Assembly: GCA_963799845.1 (NCBI GenBank)
Contig: CAWCYI010000006.1
Coordinates: 1,184,001-1,248,000 of the forward strand
Source: an uncultured Nitrososphaerota archaeon
GTDB taxonomy: Archaea > Thermoproteota > Nitrososphaeria > Nitrososphaerales > CADDZS01
Length of the DNA: 64,000 nt
Direction: 5' to 3'
The translations under genes and the position numbers were made by a program. Shown here piece by piece: positions 10,570 through 21,954 of the stretch; position 1 is the stretch's first letter; every line of letters starts with the position of its first letter. The notes below the pieces were generated by a model. The model did not search any database, was not told where the DNA came from, and saw only the letters and a program-made list of their open reading frames with translations.

Positions 10570-11343
10570 TCAAGAGAATGCCTGTCCCCCATCAACAATA
10601 ATCGTCTGACCTGTGATCAAGTCGCTTTCGTCTGAACAAAGAAATACCAGCGTTCCCAGAAGATCCTTTGGAAAGATGTCCTTTCTAATGCTTCTCTGGC
10701 TCCTGTAAAAATCGATTTTTTCCTGGCTACGAAGTTTTCCTGCCTCGCTCAGGACAAATCCAGGGGCAATCGCGTTAACATTGATTGAGAATTCCCCGAG
10801 CTCCCTGGCAAGGGCCCTTGTCATCGAAATCAGCCCGCCCTTTGAAGTGACATAGTGCAGCATGTATGGGACACCAACGTGAAATACACCCGATGCCTGG
10901 TTGACTATCTTTCCCTTGCCGCGCCTTTTCATGAACGGAACCACAGCCCTTGAACAAAGAAAAGGTCCTTTCAAGTTTACAGCTTGGATTTTATCCCATT
11001 CCTCAACCGAGATCTCAAGAATGCTCTTGTAATTCAATCCATAGTATATTGCTGCATTATTGACAAGAATGTCGACGCTCCCAAATTCTTCAGCGGTTCG
11101 GTTTGCCATAGAGTTTACGCTCAATTCTGAAGAAACGTCAGTTTTTATCGCCAAGGCTCTATCACCAAGAGCTCGAATCTCACCTGCCACTTTTTCGGCC
11201 TTTTCTTCGTTTATCTCCGCAACAGTGATACTCGCTCCTTCATCCGCAAGTCTGATTGCGTATTCTCTGCCTATGCCCTGACCCGATCCTGTTACTATGG
11301 CAGATTTGCCTTCGAGCCTACGTTTCTTCAATGAAAAAACCAA
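10570..11343 (-). CDS. SDR-family oxidoreductase
   Basis: TGSGQGIG, NNAA, YVTSK (YxxxK), NAIAPG. Confidence 0.95.
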   Translation of the reverse strand: MVFSLKKRRLEGKSAIVTGSGQGIGREYAIRLADEGASITVAEINEEKAEKVAGEIRALGDRALAIKTDVSSELSVNSMANRTAEEFGSVDILVNNAAIYYGLNYKSILEISVEEWDKIQAVNLKGPFLCSRAVVPFMKRRGKGKIVNQASGVFHVGVPYMLHYVTSKGGLISMTRALARELGEFSINVNAIAPGFVLSEAGKLRSQEKIDFYRSQRSIRKDIFPKDLLGTLVFLCSDESDLITGQTIIVDGGQAFS

Positions 11344-11391
11344 CGCCCTAATTTTTATCCTGATTGCGGGCTGGCATTATCTATCAAAGCT

Positions 11392-12060
11392 TCACATATC
11401 TCGGGTCATTCGATGCCCGAATGCCGCAACATAGACTGCAACGCCTTTGGCGTTGTTTGCAAGTCCTATCTGAACTCCTAGCTCCGCTTTTCTTTGGTTC
11501 TCTTCGGTTGAGCAGTATCTTTCAAGGACCCGACTCCCAAGCGGAGCGTGCTTTCCCTCATCTTCTATCTGCGGGAGAACAACCTCGTCCTTGAATTTCT
11601 CGTCTAGTCCGGGTAATTCAGCGACCCTCCTCATCCAATAATCGCCCACCGTCTCACCGGCAAAATTCCTAGCCGCAAAATAGAGGACGGGGTCGTTTGG
11701 GTTGTAATCGTATATCGCGCGCCACTCCGGCGCCTTCATCACGACTTCATTGTACCACTCGTCGATGTCAAATATGTCACCGCGTGCCCGAACAAACTGA
11801 GCGAGTAACTGAAAGTGGTTAGCTTCTTCCCAGCTCTGCTCGAATAAGGCGACTTTGATGTCGTCCTCAACCTTGAATCTCAGGGCTTGCAATGCCGCGT
11901 CCTCCGCGTGCCAGAGCTCTCCCATCGCCCAGTCCTTCGTTAGAATATTGAATGATTTTGTTTCGATACCGGGGTAGGTCGCCTTGATTGAACCTAGTTT
12001 TTCGAAGTTGTTGCCGAAATATTTCTCTTTCAGGTTCTGAACGAATTCGATCGAATTCAT
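11392..12060 (-). CDS. ferritin-like diiron-carboxylate protein
   Basis: E (HAED)...EEANH...E (AGET)...DEGKH: the two-ExxH four-helix-bundle pattern. Start placed at ATG 12060 (the track extends to 12117). Confidence 0.75.
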   Translation of the reverse strand: MNSIEFVQNLKEKYFGNNFEKLGSIKATYPGIETKSFNILTKDWAMGELWHAEDAALQALRFKVEDDIKVALFEQSWEEANHFQLLAQFVRARGDIFDIDEWYNEVVMKAPEWRAIYDYNPNDPVLYFAARNFAGETVGDYWMRRVAELPGLDEKFKDEVVLPQIEDEGKHAPLGSRVLERYCSTEENQRKAELGVQIGLANNAKGVAVYVAAFGHRMTRDM

Positions 12061-12325
12061 GGATCTCGACAGGATTAATGTTCTTGCTATATTTCTTTGC
12101 TCATGTTGAACTCCCACATCAGGATCGTAATTCTGTGTGGAGGAGATTTGGATTGCTCTAATGTTCTTGACTTTTAAAAATCAGTTCAGTTGCGAACAGT
12201 AAGTTACAAGTTTCAAGCGATATCCAGAAAACTGAATAACAGAGTCGGCTGAAGCCACTGGTCGATCGAAATTATTCAGAAATTTTTTGACTAATTGATG
12301 GAGCCAACCTTTAAGAGAAGTATTA

Positions 12326-14091
12326 TCAAACTTGGTCGACAACCGCATCGACGACAGCGGATATCTTCTCGTTTCTAATTGTCTCAAAACCTGACAAAAT
12401 TGCTTCCTTTAGTTCGGCAGCGTTTTTGACTTTCCAACCAGTTGCGCCACAGGCCTTTGCTGCTTCAACGTAATCCGGCTGAGGACCAATTCTTACTCCC
12501 GCGTAATGATCTTTTGACTTGGAATAGCCGTTAGGATAACCGCGATCGACAACTCCCTTCATCGCGTTGTATCCACCGTTATCTATTATCACAGTCAAGA
12601 TTGGAAGTCTGATATCTGCGAGAGACCCAAAACACCGACGTAGGGTTTGAGTAAACGTACCCTCCATCACCAACTATGCACAAAACATCACTTCCGGTAT
12701 TGGCGAGCTTTAAGCCAAGTGCGTTTCCGAGACCATCGCCTAGGCTACTGCCACCTAAGGAGAAGTAAGTTCCAGGCTCATTTGAATCAATGTAGGAAGC
12801 GACAACCATTTCATTGGAAACTCCCTCCGACATCACTATCGTATTTGAGTTCTTAAGATCATTTAGAATAGAAATAACCGAGCCAATCTTCATAGGTGTT
12901 TTGTCTTTACCGGACTCGGCAGTTTTCTTCAAACTGTTGCGAATCGCTTGACTGGCATCGTGAATTTTGCTCGTTCTTTCATCTAATTTACTTGCATGAC
13001 CATTTTGTGCCTTGGTTTTGAGAATCTTGACTAGACTGTGAAGGGCTAATTGGGAAGAAGCGCAGACTGATAGATGAACGGGAAACCCCCATAACGGCAT
13101 TCCTGACTTTAGTGGGTCAACATCGATTTGAATGATCTTGACGTCCTGTCTAATTCGATGAATCGCTGGAGCCCACGGCACATCTACGTCCACAAGCAGG
13201 ATAACATCGGCACTTTCTATCCATTCTTTTGGAAAGCCTCTCAGGCTTAGAGGATTGCTTGAAGGAAAATTCATTCTTTTTCTCTGGGGCTCTATGACGG
13301 GTGCGCCCAGAATCTCCGCCAGTTCGACAAGCTCTGGAACGGCCTTGGGATTTCGCCCCAGAGTACTCTGTGAGGATAATCGGTGCGTCCGCTCCTTCAA
13401 GAATACTTGCTATTCTAACAAGATTTTCCTCACTGGCTTGTGAAGGCTCAGGCGAAATGTACACATCAGTTCGAGGTATATTCACCTCCGTCTGCTTTTC
13501 TGCCAATAATTCCCTTGGTAAGATTAGATAGGCGGGACCTTTTGGTTCCGAATTCGCTACCTGGAGAGCTCGTCCAAGAACTTGGGGCAAGTTAGAATTG
13601 GTTTTCAGTTCGTAGGTCCACTTTGAAAATTGCCTAGCAACACCCAGTTGATCGAAAATTTCTTGATCCCAGTGGTACGGTCTGTCACGCCCACCGAGAA
13701 GCTCTCCTTCAAACGTGTAAGGTGCTCTACCTGCGACGATCAGAACTGGCTCTCTTCCACGGTAGATGTTGTGAAGGGCCCCACCGATCTCCATCGTTCC
13801 AAGGCCAACATGGACCATGATAGTTTGAGCCTTCCCAACAGTCATGGAGTAACCATGAGACATGGAGAGAGCTAGATGCTCGGTAAGGCACATTATCGGT
13901 TTTGGATTTTTTCGACCTTCGATCTCAAATCTTGACATTTGCTCAAGAACCGGATAAAAATCTGAACCGGGATTGTAAAACAAAAAATCCACTTTGTACG
14001 CTGAAAGGAGCTCAAGAAAAGAGCTCCCACCGTCGCTACTTGGAATCGTATGTTCGTTCCTAGGATTCAATATATACCAGACTGTTACCAA
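12326..14091 (-). CDS. ThDP-dependent enzyme (acetolactate synthase/decarboxylase-like), split by two +1 frameshifts (~13362, ~12611)
   Basis: NPGSDF, EHLALSMSHG, HVGLGT, and GDG...DNGGY ThDP motif spread over three consecutive frames. Confidence 0.85.
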
Positions 14092-14166
14092 TGCATCAAA
14101 ATTTCGAATGTAATAAAATCGGTTCGACTCCGAAATGCTGGAGCGAACCTAGATGCTCGCCCAGAC

Positions 14167-15339
14167 TTATCGTTTTGATTTCGCTACAATCGCAGGGGAG
14201 ATGTACAGCACTCCAGTGGAACCGAAGGAAGATCCGACGAATGAGAGCGGCTGATCAGTCTGAAATGGCCCAGAAGGTTCAGGGACAGTCCCGATTTGTT
14301 GCAGTGCCTTCTGAAGAACTGAAAAATTGTATATCTGATTTACATTCCCGGTTGAATTGATCAAGCCTCCGTAAAACATGTACGTGTCAGAGGCGTTCAT
14401 TAGGGCTGGAGTGAATGTAATCATGTTCGGGCTGAAGTAGTCCGCTGCTTGAAGAATGTATTGAGTCGAGTTATAGACAGATTTGTCCAGTGACGTAAAG
14501 TTCGCATTGTACGTACTTTGAATCCAAGCAGGCAAGTTATTCGTTGCATTTCTAGCGCTCCGTAGTACAGCGATCATGAAGTCAACAGCGATCTGGAAAT
14601 GAGAATTTAGCCAAGTTTTATTTGCAAAGTAGAGTCCTCCTCCGATCCCAGGCAGAGCTTGAGCCGTAGTTGCAAGAATATGGAACTTTCCAGGATCAGC
14701 TTTGAATACGGTAGCAGCATCTTCTGGATCTAGGAAAGCTCCGACATATCTACCAGCAATAAGCGCCTGCGCTTTTACACTTGAATCTCCAATCACGACC
14801 AAATTGATGTTGTAATTCGAGTAATTCTGATTGTTAGCAGCAAATACAGCCGGGAACAATACGGGCCCGTCGAGTGAGAAAGCCGCAAGAGTTGTACCGT
14901 TAAGCTGAGGGAACGAAGTTATACTGTTTGAAACAACAAAATCCTGAAGAAAGGCGGTAGATTCTTCGCCGATAGCAACGAGATTTGCGCCTTGTTCGAT
15001 AGCGTTTATCGTGGTCGTAGCAAATTGAAACGCGAACATGTTGACTTGATTATTGGAACCCGCAGAAGTCAGGGTAGCCGGGTCAGAGATTGTTTGTACA
15101 GTAGCTTGCAAATTGTATTGTGACATATGATTCAGCGCATCTATGGTGTCGGCGTGGGTTGCATCGGAGGCTTCCAAACCAAATGTGAAAGTTTGTGTGG
15201 ATGCTTTACTCGGAGTCAAATAATAGTACGCACCGGCGGCGGCGGCGATAACAATTATGACAACAATAACAACCACTAGTGTTGTGCTAATGCCAGATAG
15301 CTGTCGTCCTTTCAGCCGAACAAAATTCACCCTTTGCAC
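14167..15339 (-). CDS. ABC substrate-binding protein (NMT1/SsuA/TauA-like)
   Basis: N-terminal GISTT plus TM anchor; adjacent NitT/TauT-type permease and ATPase. Confidence 0.8.
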   Translation of the reverse strand: MQRVNFVRLKGRQLSGISTTLVVVIVVIIVIAAAAGAYYYLTPSKASTQTFTFGLEASDATHADTIDALNHMSQYNLQATVQTISDPATLTSAGSNNQVNMFAFQFATTTINAIEQGANLVAIGEESTAFLQDFVVSNSITSFPQLNGTTLAAFSLDGPVLFPAVFAANNQNYSNYNINLVVIGDSSVKAQALIAGRYVGAFLDPEDAATVFKADPGKFHILATTAQALPGIGGGLYFANKTWLNSHFQIAVDFMIAVLRSARNATNNLPAWIQSTYNANFTSLDKSVYNSTQYILQAADYFSPNMITFTPALMNASDTYMFYGGLINSTGNVNQIYNFSVLQKALQQIGTVPEPSGPFQTDQPLSFVGSSFGSTGVLYISPAIVAKSKR

Positions 15340-15460
15340 AATCTCCTCGAAGGACGATTCTGATATAAGTGTTTAGGGATTTTTGTTATCAATCAGAATA
15401 TGGCTTCATGTTAATTCTATTTTGGGCCAACCATATACTGTGGTCGTCATTTTTAGGGCG

Positions 15461-16258
15461 CTACATTCCAGCAAATGTATTCAACCGGTTTCCGCGAGTC
15501 ACTCTGCGTTCAACGATTCTGAGAAATTCTGACAGCATATATCCCACGATTGCAAGTACGATCAAAATCGCAAGAATCTGATCAGTTCGGTAGAATTCTT
15601 GACCAAGGAGTAGCAAGTTTCCTACCCCAGTAACAACCAGCTCAAGCTGAGCTATGACCACCCCGATAAGAGCGATGCTTAGTCCGAGCCTCAAAGAAGC
15701 AAAGATGTATGGCGCGCTTGATGGGATTATTACTTTTGTAAATATCTGACCTTCTGAGGCGCAACCCACTCTGGCGACTTCTATGAATAGTTTGTCGGTG
15801 TTCTTGACCCCCTGAGAAACTATTAATATGATAGGGAAGAAAGAGAACGTATAAACGAAAAGAACACTTGTCAAGAGACCGAATCCAAACCAAATTATGA
15901 AAAGTGGAATTAGGGCAACTCTGGGCAGAACATAAAACGCGGTCATGTATGGTTCGACTACTTCGTCTACTATCTTCACCCTGCCCATGGTCAGGCCAAT
16001 TGGGATTCCCGTGATAACAGAGAGTCCAAATCCCAAAAGCAACAACCAGAGCATGCTTAGAATTGCTCCCCAGAAGTTGTGTTTCTCAAAGAGATTAACG
16101 AGTGCGTTAAGTACGGTGGTTGGAGACGAGAAGATTAACTGGTTTGACCGAGAGGCAATCAGTTGCCAAATTATCAGAATGATAATGAGAGATATAACAA
16201 ATATTACAGCCCTTCGAGCAAGCTCTCGGATACGTGTTTTCGGTAACTCAGAGCTCAA
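15461..16258 (-). CDS. ABC permease (NitT/TauT, SsuC-like)
   Basis: PRVALIPLFIIWFGFG, EAA-like EVARVGCAS, PYIFASLRLG. Confidence 0.92.
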   Translation of the reverse strand: MSSELPKTRIRELARRAVIFVISLIIILIIWQLIASRSNQLIFSSPTTVLNALVNLFEKHNFWGAILSMLWLLLLGFGLSVITGIPIGLTMGRVKIVDEVVEPYMTAFYVLPRVALIPLFIIWFGFGLLTSVLFVYTFSFFPIILIVSQGVKNTDKLFIEVARVGCASEGQIFTKVIIPSSAPYIFASLRLGLSIALIGVVIAQLELVVTGVGNLLLLGQEFYRTDQILAILIVLAIVGYMLSEFLRIVERRVTRGNRLNTFAGM

Positions 16259-17076
16259 CTAATCACCTGATCCTCGACAAGAGAGGACCTCACAGTGGCA
16301 CAATATCCAGTAAATTTCGGGTCGGTTCTGATCCCTTTTTCACTAGTTCTTCCGCTACCTAGATCAATCGAAAGTGTATCCTTGATCCTTCCTGGTCTAG
16401 GAGTGAATACAACTACTGTATTGCTCACGAAGACGGCTTCATCAATACTATGGGTAACAAATAGAACCGAGCGTTCTCGATCATTACTCAGGACATTGAG
16501 CAAGTCTTGCTGAGCTTTCTCTCTACTGAGGGCGTCGAGCGCACCAAACGGTTCATCCATCAATAGAATACTTGGTTCGACGCTCAAAGCTCTTGCTATC
16601 GCAACTCTCTGTTGCATTCCACCAGAAAGTTGAACTGGAGAATAGTTAGCGAATTCTAAGAGTCCGACGAGATTTAATTTTTCCAAGGCAATTTTCCTTC
16701 TTTCAGCCTTCGGGATTCCTCTAAGCTCCAAGAAGAATTCGACATTCTGAAGGGTATTCCTCCATGGATAGAGCCCGACCGCTTGGAATATGAAACCCTT
16801 GTCTTTTTCCGGTCCTTCTACCTTCTTATCATCGATCAATACTTGTCCCGTTGTAGGTTTCTCGAGTCCCGCGATGATCCTTAACAGAGTGCTCTTGCCG
16901 CATCCAGAAGGACCTACTACGCTCACAAATTCTCCTTTTGCAATCTGGAAACTCACATTCTGTAATGCGTCAAGATAGACTGGCTTGGATTGTCTGAAAG
17001 TACCTTGGCGCGTTTCACTCCTTGATACGAATCTCTTTGAGACATCTTGAATATCGCACTTGACAGCCATCGTCAT
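16255..17076 (-). CDS. ABC ATP-binding protein (NitT/TauT, SsuB-like)
   Basis: GPSGCGKS, LSGGMQQR, LLMDEPFGALD, FVTHSIDEA. Confidence 0.95.
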   Translation of the reverse strand: MTMAVKCDIQDVSKRFVSRSETRQGTFRQSKPVYLDALQNVSFQIAKGEFVSVVGPSGCGKSTLLRIIAGLEKPTTGQVLIDDKKVEGPEKDKGFIFQAVGLYPWRNTLQNVEFFLELRGIPKAERRKIALEKLNLVGLLEFANYSPVQLSGGMQQRVAIARALSVEPSILLMDEPFGALDALSREKAQQDLLNVLSNDRERSVLFVTHSIDEAVFVSNTVVVFTPRPGRIKDTLSIDLGSGRTSEKGIRTDPKFTGYCATVRSSLVEDQVIS

Positions 17077-17091
17077 CTCAGTCCATATATT

Positions 17092-18150
17092 TTAGTCTCG
17101 AGTAATTGCTGGGAGAATTTCCTTCGAGATTAGCTCAATCGCCTCATCAGGCTTTGGCCCTATTAGATCGAAAGCAATCGGCATCTGAACTCCTAGGTCG
17201 CCCAACTTACGCAATTTCTTAATACAATCTTCGGGAGTTCCAGCTATGGAGAATTCCTCTATCATCTCGTCGGTTACTAGCTCTGCAGAATTGCGAATTC
17301 CGCCCCTCTTCATTCCTTCCTTGACTCTGTCCAAATCTTCGGGCTTTACTTTGCTGTGTTGCAGCATGAGTTCGCTAGCAGTCAAGGTAGGATCAGCGAC
17401 ATAAAGAGCGACAACCTCCCGCACAAAGTTCTTTGCCTCTTCAGAGTCTTTCCCAACCGAAAAAGTAAGATTAGAAGCTACCACGATGTCTTCTTTTTTC
17501 CTACCGGCGCGCCTCGCACCTTCGAAGACATGGTTCAAGCTTTCAATCACGTAGGAGCCAGAGGCGCTCAGCGATCTCGAAAGTATCACGCCGTCTGCAA
17601 CACCGCCGCAGAGCTCGAGAATCTTGGGGCTCCGACTTCCCAAATATATGGGAATATTTTTTCTGACTGGAACGAACCCATGGAAATCGAGCGTACTCCC
17701 GGGTTCGGAAATACTGAAGACTTCGCCGTGATAGGTAACGTTTTCCCCTCTTAACAATCTCCTGATTATTTCTACCGAGTCTTTCATTGCAGCATACGGC
17801 TTTTGATCTCTCGCGGTGTTCGCGCTCCTCGTGAGGCCATGTTTGACCAATGAAGTGACGTTAACACCTAGACCTAGATTGAACCTACCTCCAGAGAGCT
17901 CATCTATCGTTGCCGCTTCCATCGCAATCAGACCTGGGTGTCTTGTGTACACTCCGATTATTGCAGTGCCCAACTGTATTTTCTTGGTGTTCACAGCTAC
18001 CGCAGACAGAAGAGAGATTGCACTCCTGCCGTGAAAGCCTTCGCCTAACCAGAAACCCTGCAATCCATACCTCTCTGCCAAGATTGCGTAGCGAATCGTT
18101 TCTTCCGCCGTAGCGAAAGGCGCAATTGCGAACCCGTTGATATCGGTCAC
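17092..18150 (-). CDS. LLM-class (luciferase/Mer-like, likely F420-dependent) oxidoreductase
   Basis: LGTAII..YTRHP..IAMEAATIDELSGGRFNLGLG, IPIYLG, ADGVIL, IAGTPEDC. Confidence 0.9.
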   Translation of the reverse strand: MTDINGFAIAPFATAEETIRYAILAERYGLQGFWLGEGFHGRSAISLLSAVAVNTKKIQLGTAIIGVYTRHPGLIAMEAATIDELSGGRFNLGLGVNVTSLVKHGLTRSANTARDQKPYAAMKDSVEIIRRLLRGENVTYHGEVFSISEPGSTLDFHGFVPVRKNIPIYLGSRSPKILELCGGVADGVILSRSLSASGSYVIESLNHVFEGARRAGRKKEDIVVASNLTFSVGKDSEEAKNFVREVVALYVADPTLTASELMLQHSKVKPEDLDRVKEGMKRGGIRNSAELVTDEMIEEFSIAGTPEDCIKKLRKLGDLGVQMPIAFDLIGPKPDEAIELISKEILPAITRD

Positions 18151-18194
18151 ATTGTTTTCTCGAGTGAATATGTGTAATTAATCTTGATGCCGAA

Positions 18195-20316
18195 TTGCAA
18201 CAGAAAAAACTAACTAAGGACTATCCACAATTTGCTCGAATATTGCGATATAATATTGGAATCGATATCGGCGGAACTTTTACCGATTTTGTCGGCTTCG
18301 ATTCAAAGAGCTCTCGGCTATTCTCAGAAAAAATCTTGACGACTCCCAGTCGCCCTGCCGACGCAGTTATACAAGGTCTGGAGAAACTGGCTCTCTCCCG
18401 CGGAATCAAAATTGAGGAAATTGACAGAATCTTTCACGCGACAACCCTCGCAACGAACGCCGTTATCGAAAGGAAGGGCGCGAAGGCTGGACTCATAACC
18501 ACGGCCGGGTTCGAGGATGTTCTAGACATCAGAAAAGGACTCCGATACAATCAGTACGACCTAAACATCCAGATTCCTAAGCCGTATGTTCCAAGACATC
18601 TGCGCAGGGGAGTTTCCGAAAGAATGTTTGCTTCCGGTGAAATTCGAAACAAATTAGATCCGGTCGAACTCGAAAAATGTGTTTCGGAACTTGTTGATGA
18701 GAGAATTGAATCTCTTGCAATCTGCTTTCTTCATTCGTATGCGAATCCCCTTCATGAAAAAAGAGCGAAAGAACTTGTTTCTACCAAATTCCCAAATCTA
18801 ACTGTCTCGTGCTCTCATGAGATTACTTCTCAAGCAAGAGAATACGAGCGAACTTCTACAACTGTCATTGATGCGTACATCAAACCGATAATTCACGAGT
18901 ATATTGATGACTTGTCTATGCGGCTATCTGAATTGGGTTTCTCTGGAAAACTACTTCTCATGACGTGTACGGGAGGCGTAGTTGAGGTCGAGCTAGCGAA
19001 AAATATTCCGGTACTACTTCTAGAGTCTGGTCCTGTTGCTGGTGTTTCGATGGGTCTGAATATTGCCAAGAGACTAGACCTTCAGGGGATGTTTTCATTT
19101 GATATGGGAGGAACTACAGCCAAAGGCTGTCTTGTAAGGAATCGGAGAATAGAAAAATCGTATGAATTTGAAGCAGCGCGTTTCGATAAATTCAGACGTG
19201 GAAGCGGAGTCCCCGTTAGCATTCCGGTTGTAAGGCTAATTGAAACGGGCTCTGGAGGAGGGAGCATCGCTAGAATTGATCAATTGGGAATGGTGAGAGT
19301 TGGCCCCGATAGTTCCGGATCGTCTCCTGGACCTGCCTGCTACGGACTAGGTGGGACCGAAGCCACCGTAACAGACTCGGATTTGGTCTTAGGATATCTT
19401 GATGAAAGCTACTTCGTAGGAGGCACTTTGAGTCTTCGACCTGATCTTGCGAAGAGCGCTATCCAAGAAAAGATAGCTGAACCATTAGACATCCCGGTGG
19501 AGAACGCAGCTTGGCTAATTCACGAACGGGTAAATGAAGATGTGGCTTCAGCATTTCGGCTTTATTCATCGGAAGTCGGAGTCGACTATAGAAAATTCGC
19601 GTTCTTACCTTTTGGCGGAGCGGGTCCGGTACACTCCTCGAGGATCGCGAGGAAGTTGGGTCTAAGAACCCTAGTGATTCCTCCAAGGGCCGGCGTACTT
19701 TCAGCCGAAGGCCTCCTGGTGACTCCCATTTCCATAGATCTAGCATTGTCAAAACGCGTCGAATTGTCCGATTTGAGTTACGAAGAGGTACTCAGATACC
19801 TTCGAGAAATTGATCGACAACGCAACGTCCCTTCTTTCATCGGCAGAAGGACGGTCAAAGCCGTTTGACGTAACAAGGTCCCTTGACCTGTGCTATCATG
19901 GACAAGGATACGAAGTCCCATTGGCATTGACTGGAAAGGGAGTAACAAGAAAGGAGTACTCAAACTTGATCGTGAGTTTCGAGAACGCGTACAAGGAAAA
20001 ATATTCGATTACAAAGATTTCCAATCACGTCGACGTCACTTCATTCAAAGTGAATGTATCTTCTAAGAGTTCAGCATTGCCCCGAAGAATTCTCTATACA
20101 GTTCCGTCGAGACCGAAATCCTCCAGGCAAGCATTTGATCCAGATTCAATGAAATTTCGGACCTTCAAATTACTTAACCGGTATTCAATGAAAGCAGGAG
20201 ACTCCGTCAGGGGGCCTGCATTGATTCAAGAGGTCGAGTCGACTACAGTTCTGCTATCGAATTCATCCGCGACTATCGACAAGTTCGGAAACATTCTGGT
20301 GAGTCTTCATGGCTAA
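18195..20316 (+). CDS. hyuA: hydantoinase/5-oxoprolinase subunit A (one +1 frameshift, ~19788)
   Basis: IGIDIGGTFTD, HATTLATNA, ESGP, DMGGTT, GPACYG, FGGAG; the C-terminal part (GPALIQE) is in the next frame. True start may be TTG 18243. Confidence 0.9.
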
Positions 20317-21954
20317 GACGCAACTCGATGCGGGCTCATTAGGATTCATCTGGGATCGTTTGATATCGATAACTGATGAAGCATTCAGCGCCCTTATTCG
20401 TAGTTCATTCTCTCCGATCGTAAGGGAGGCGCTTGATGCCACTTGTCAGCTTTTTGACTCACAGGGGAGGTCAATTGCACAGGCCTGGGCGGGGCCCCCG
20501 TCGTTCATCGGGACATTGCCAACCACGCTCAACGAGATCCTCAAAGTCATTCCGGAAGAGGATTTGAATCCCGGTGACGTTCTGGCAACTAACAATCCAT
20601 GGATCGGGACTGGACAGATCAATGATATCTCGATCATTTTTCCGGTCTTTGGAAAATATGGAAAGAAAATAATTGCATATGCGGGGGCAGTAAGTCATCT
20701 CCCGGATATTGGAGGGCAGTTGTGGTCGGCGACTTCCACAGAGGTGTTTGAAGAGGGATTGCAAATTCCTCCTGTTAAGATTGCCAAGAGGGGCGTTCTG
20801 GACCCTCTACTCAAAGAGGTAATTAGCGCAAACGTACGTTTGCCAGCTCAGGTGATTGCAGATGTACTTTCTGACATATCATGCGTCCAAACCATGGGGC
20901 GATTATTACAATCCGTCCTTGAGGAATATGGACTAAAGGACCTCGTCTCAATTTCGGATCAAATAATCGAAATGTCCTCTCGAGCAATAAGGAAAGACTT
21001 GGAATCCCTGCCCCATGAAAAATGCAGATCAGAAGTAATGGTCGAGGGTATTGATCTCGACCATAAGATTTGTTGCGAGGTCAGCATAAGAAATAATTCA
21101 GTCGACATAGACTTCGACGGTACCTCGCGAAAGTCGAACTTTGGAATTAACTCGCCCTTGGTTTACACCCGGGCGTACACCATATATGCAGCAAAGTGTG
21201 TTGTTTCGCCTTACATTCCAAACAATCAAGGAGTCATGGACGTTTTCAATGTCTCGGCTCCCGACGATTCCATCTTAAACCCCAGGCCCCCGCAGCTTGC
21301 GGAGCTAGGCACATCATGGGATGGCACGCCCCCATCGCCGTATGGAGGGCGATGTCTCAAATTGTTCCTGAGAAGGTGATAGCTGATCCAGGCCTTGCTT
21401 CCAGCTGTACAATCAAAGGAACCGACAACAAAGGTAGAACTTTTGTTGCCATTACTGTGATCGGAGTCGGAGGAATGGGAGCAAGACCCGGACTGGATGG
21501 ACTAGACACTACCGGAATTCCAACAGTCACTTCACTAATCTCAGCGGAAGTAATGGAAAGTACTACGCCTCTTCTAGTTGAAGAGCTTCGGTTGATCCCT
21601 GATTCCGGTGGCGCGGGAAGATATCGAGGAGGTCTCGGTGCATCTTACACCATTAGAAACATTTCTGGGAAGCCTGCAAGGGTCGCGTTTATTGCAAACA
21701 AATACAAATTCGCTCCTGAGGGGATGGCTGGCGGTCTTTCAGGATCTCGGAGGAAGACTTTCGTGGACGGTAAAGAAGTAAGTCCGATGGGCATGTACAT
21801 GTTGGCTGAAAACGGGACCATCAAGATGGAAAATGCCGGGAGCGGAGGATTTTTCGATCCAAAACTGCGCGACCGAGCGAAGGTCGAGGAGGACCTGAAA
21901 AATGGATTTATCGGTAAGGTGTCCGCCAAGGAGGCATACGGGTATTCATTCTGA
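20309..21954 (+). CDS. hyuB: hydantoinase/5-oxoprolinase subunit B (one -1 frameshift in the C-run at ~21287-21291)
   Basis: FSPIVRE, HLPDIGG, EEGLQIPP, DSGGAGRYRGGLG, GSGGFFDP. Confidence 0.9.
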
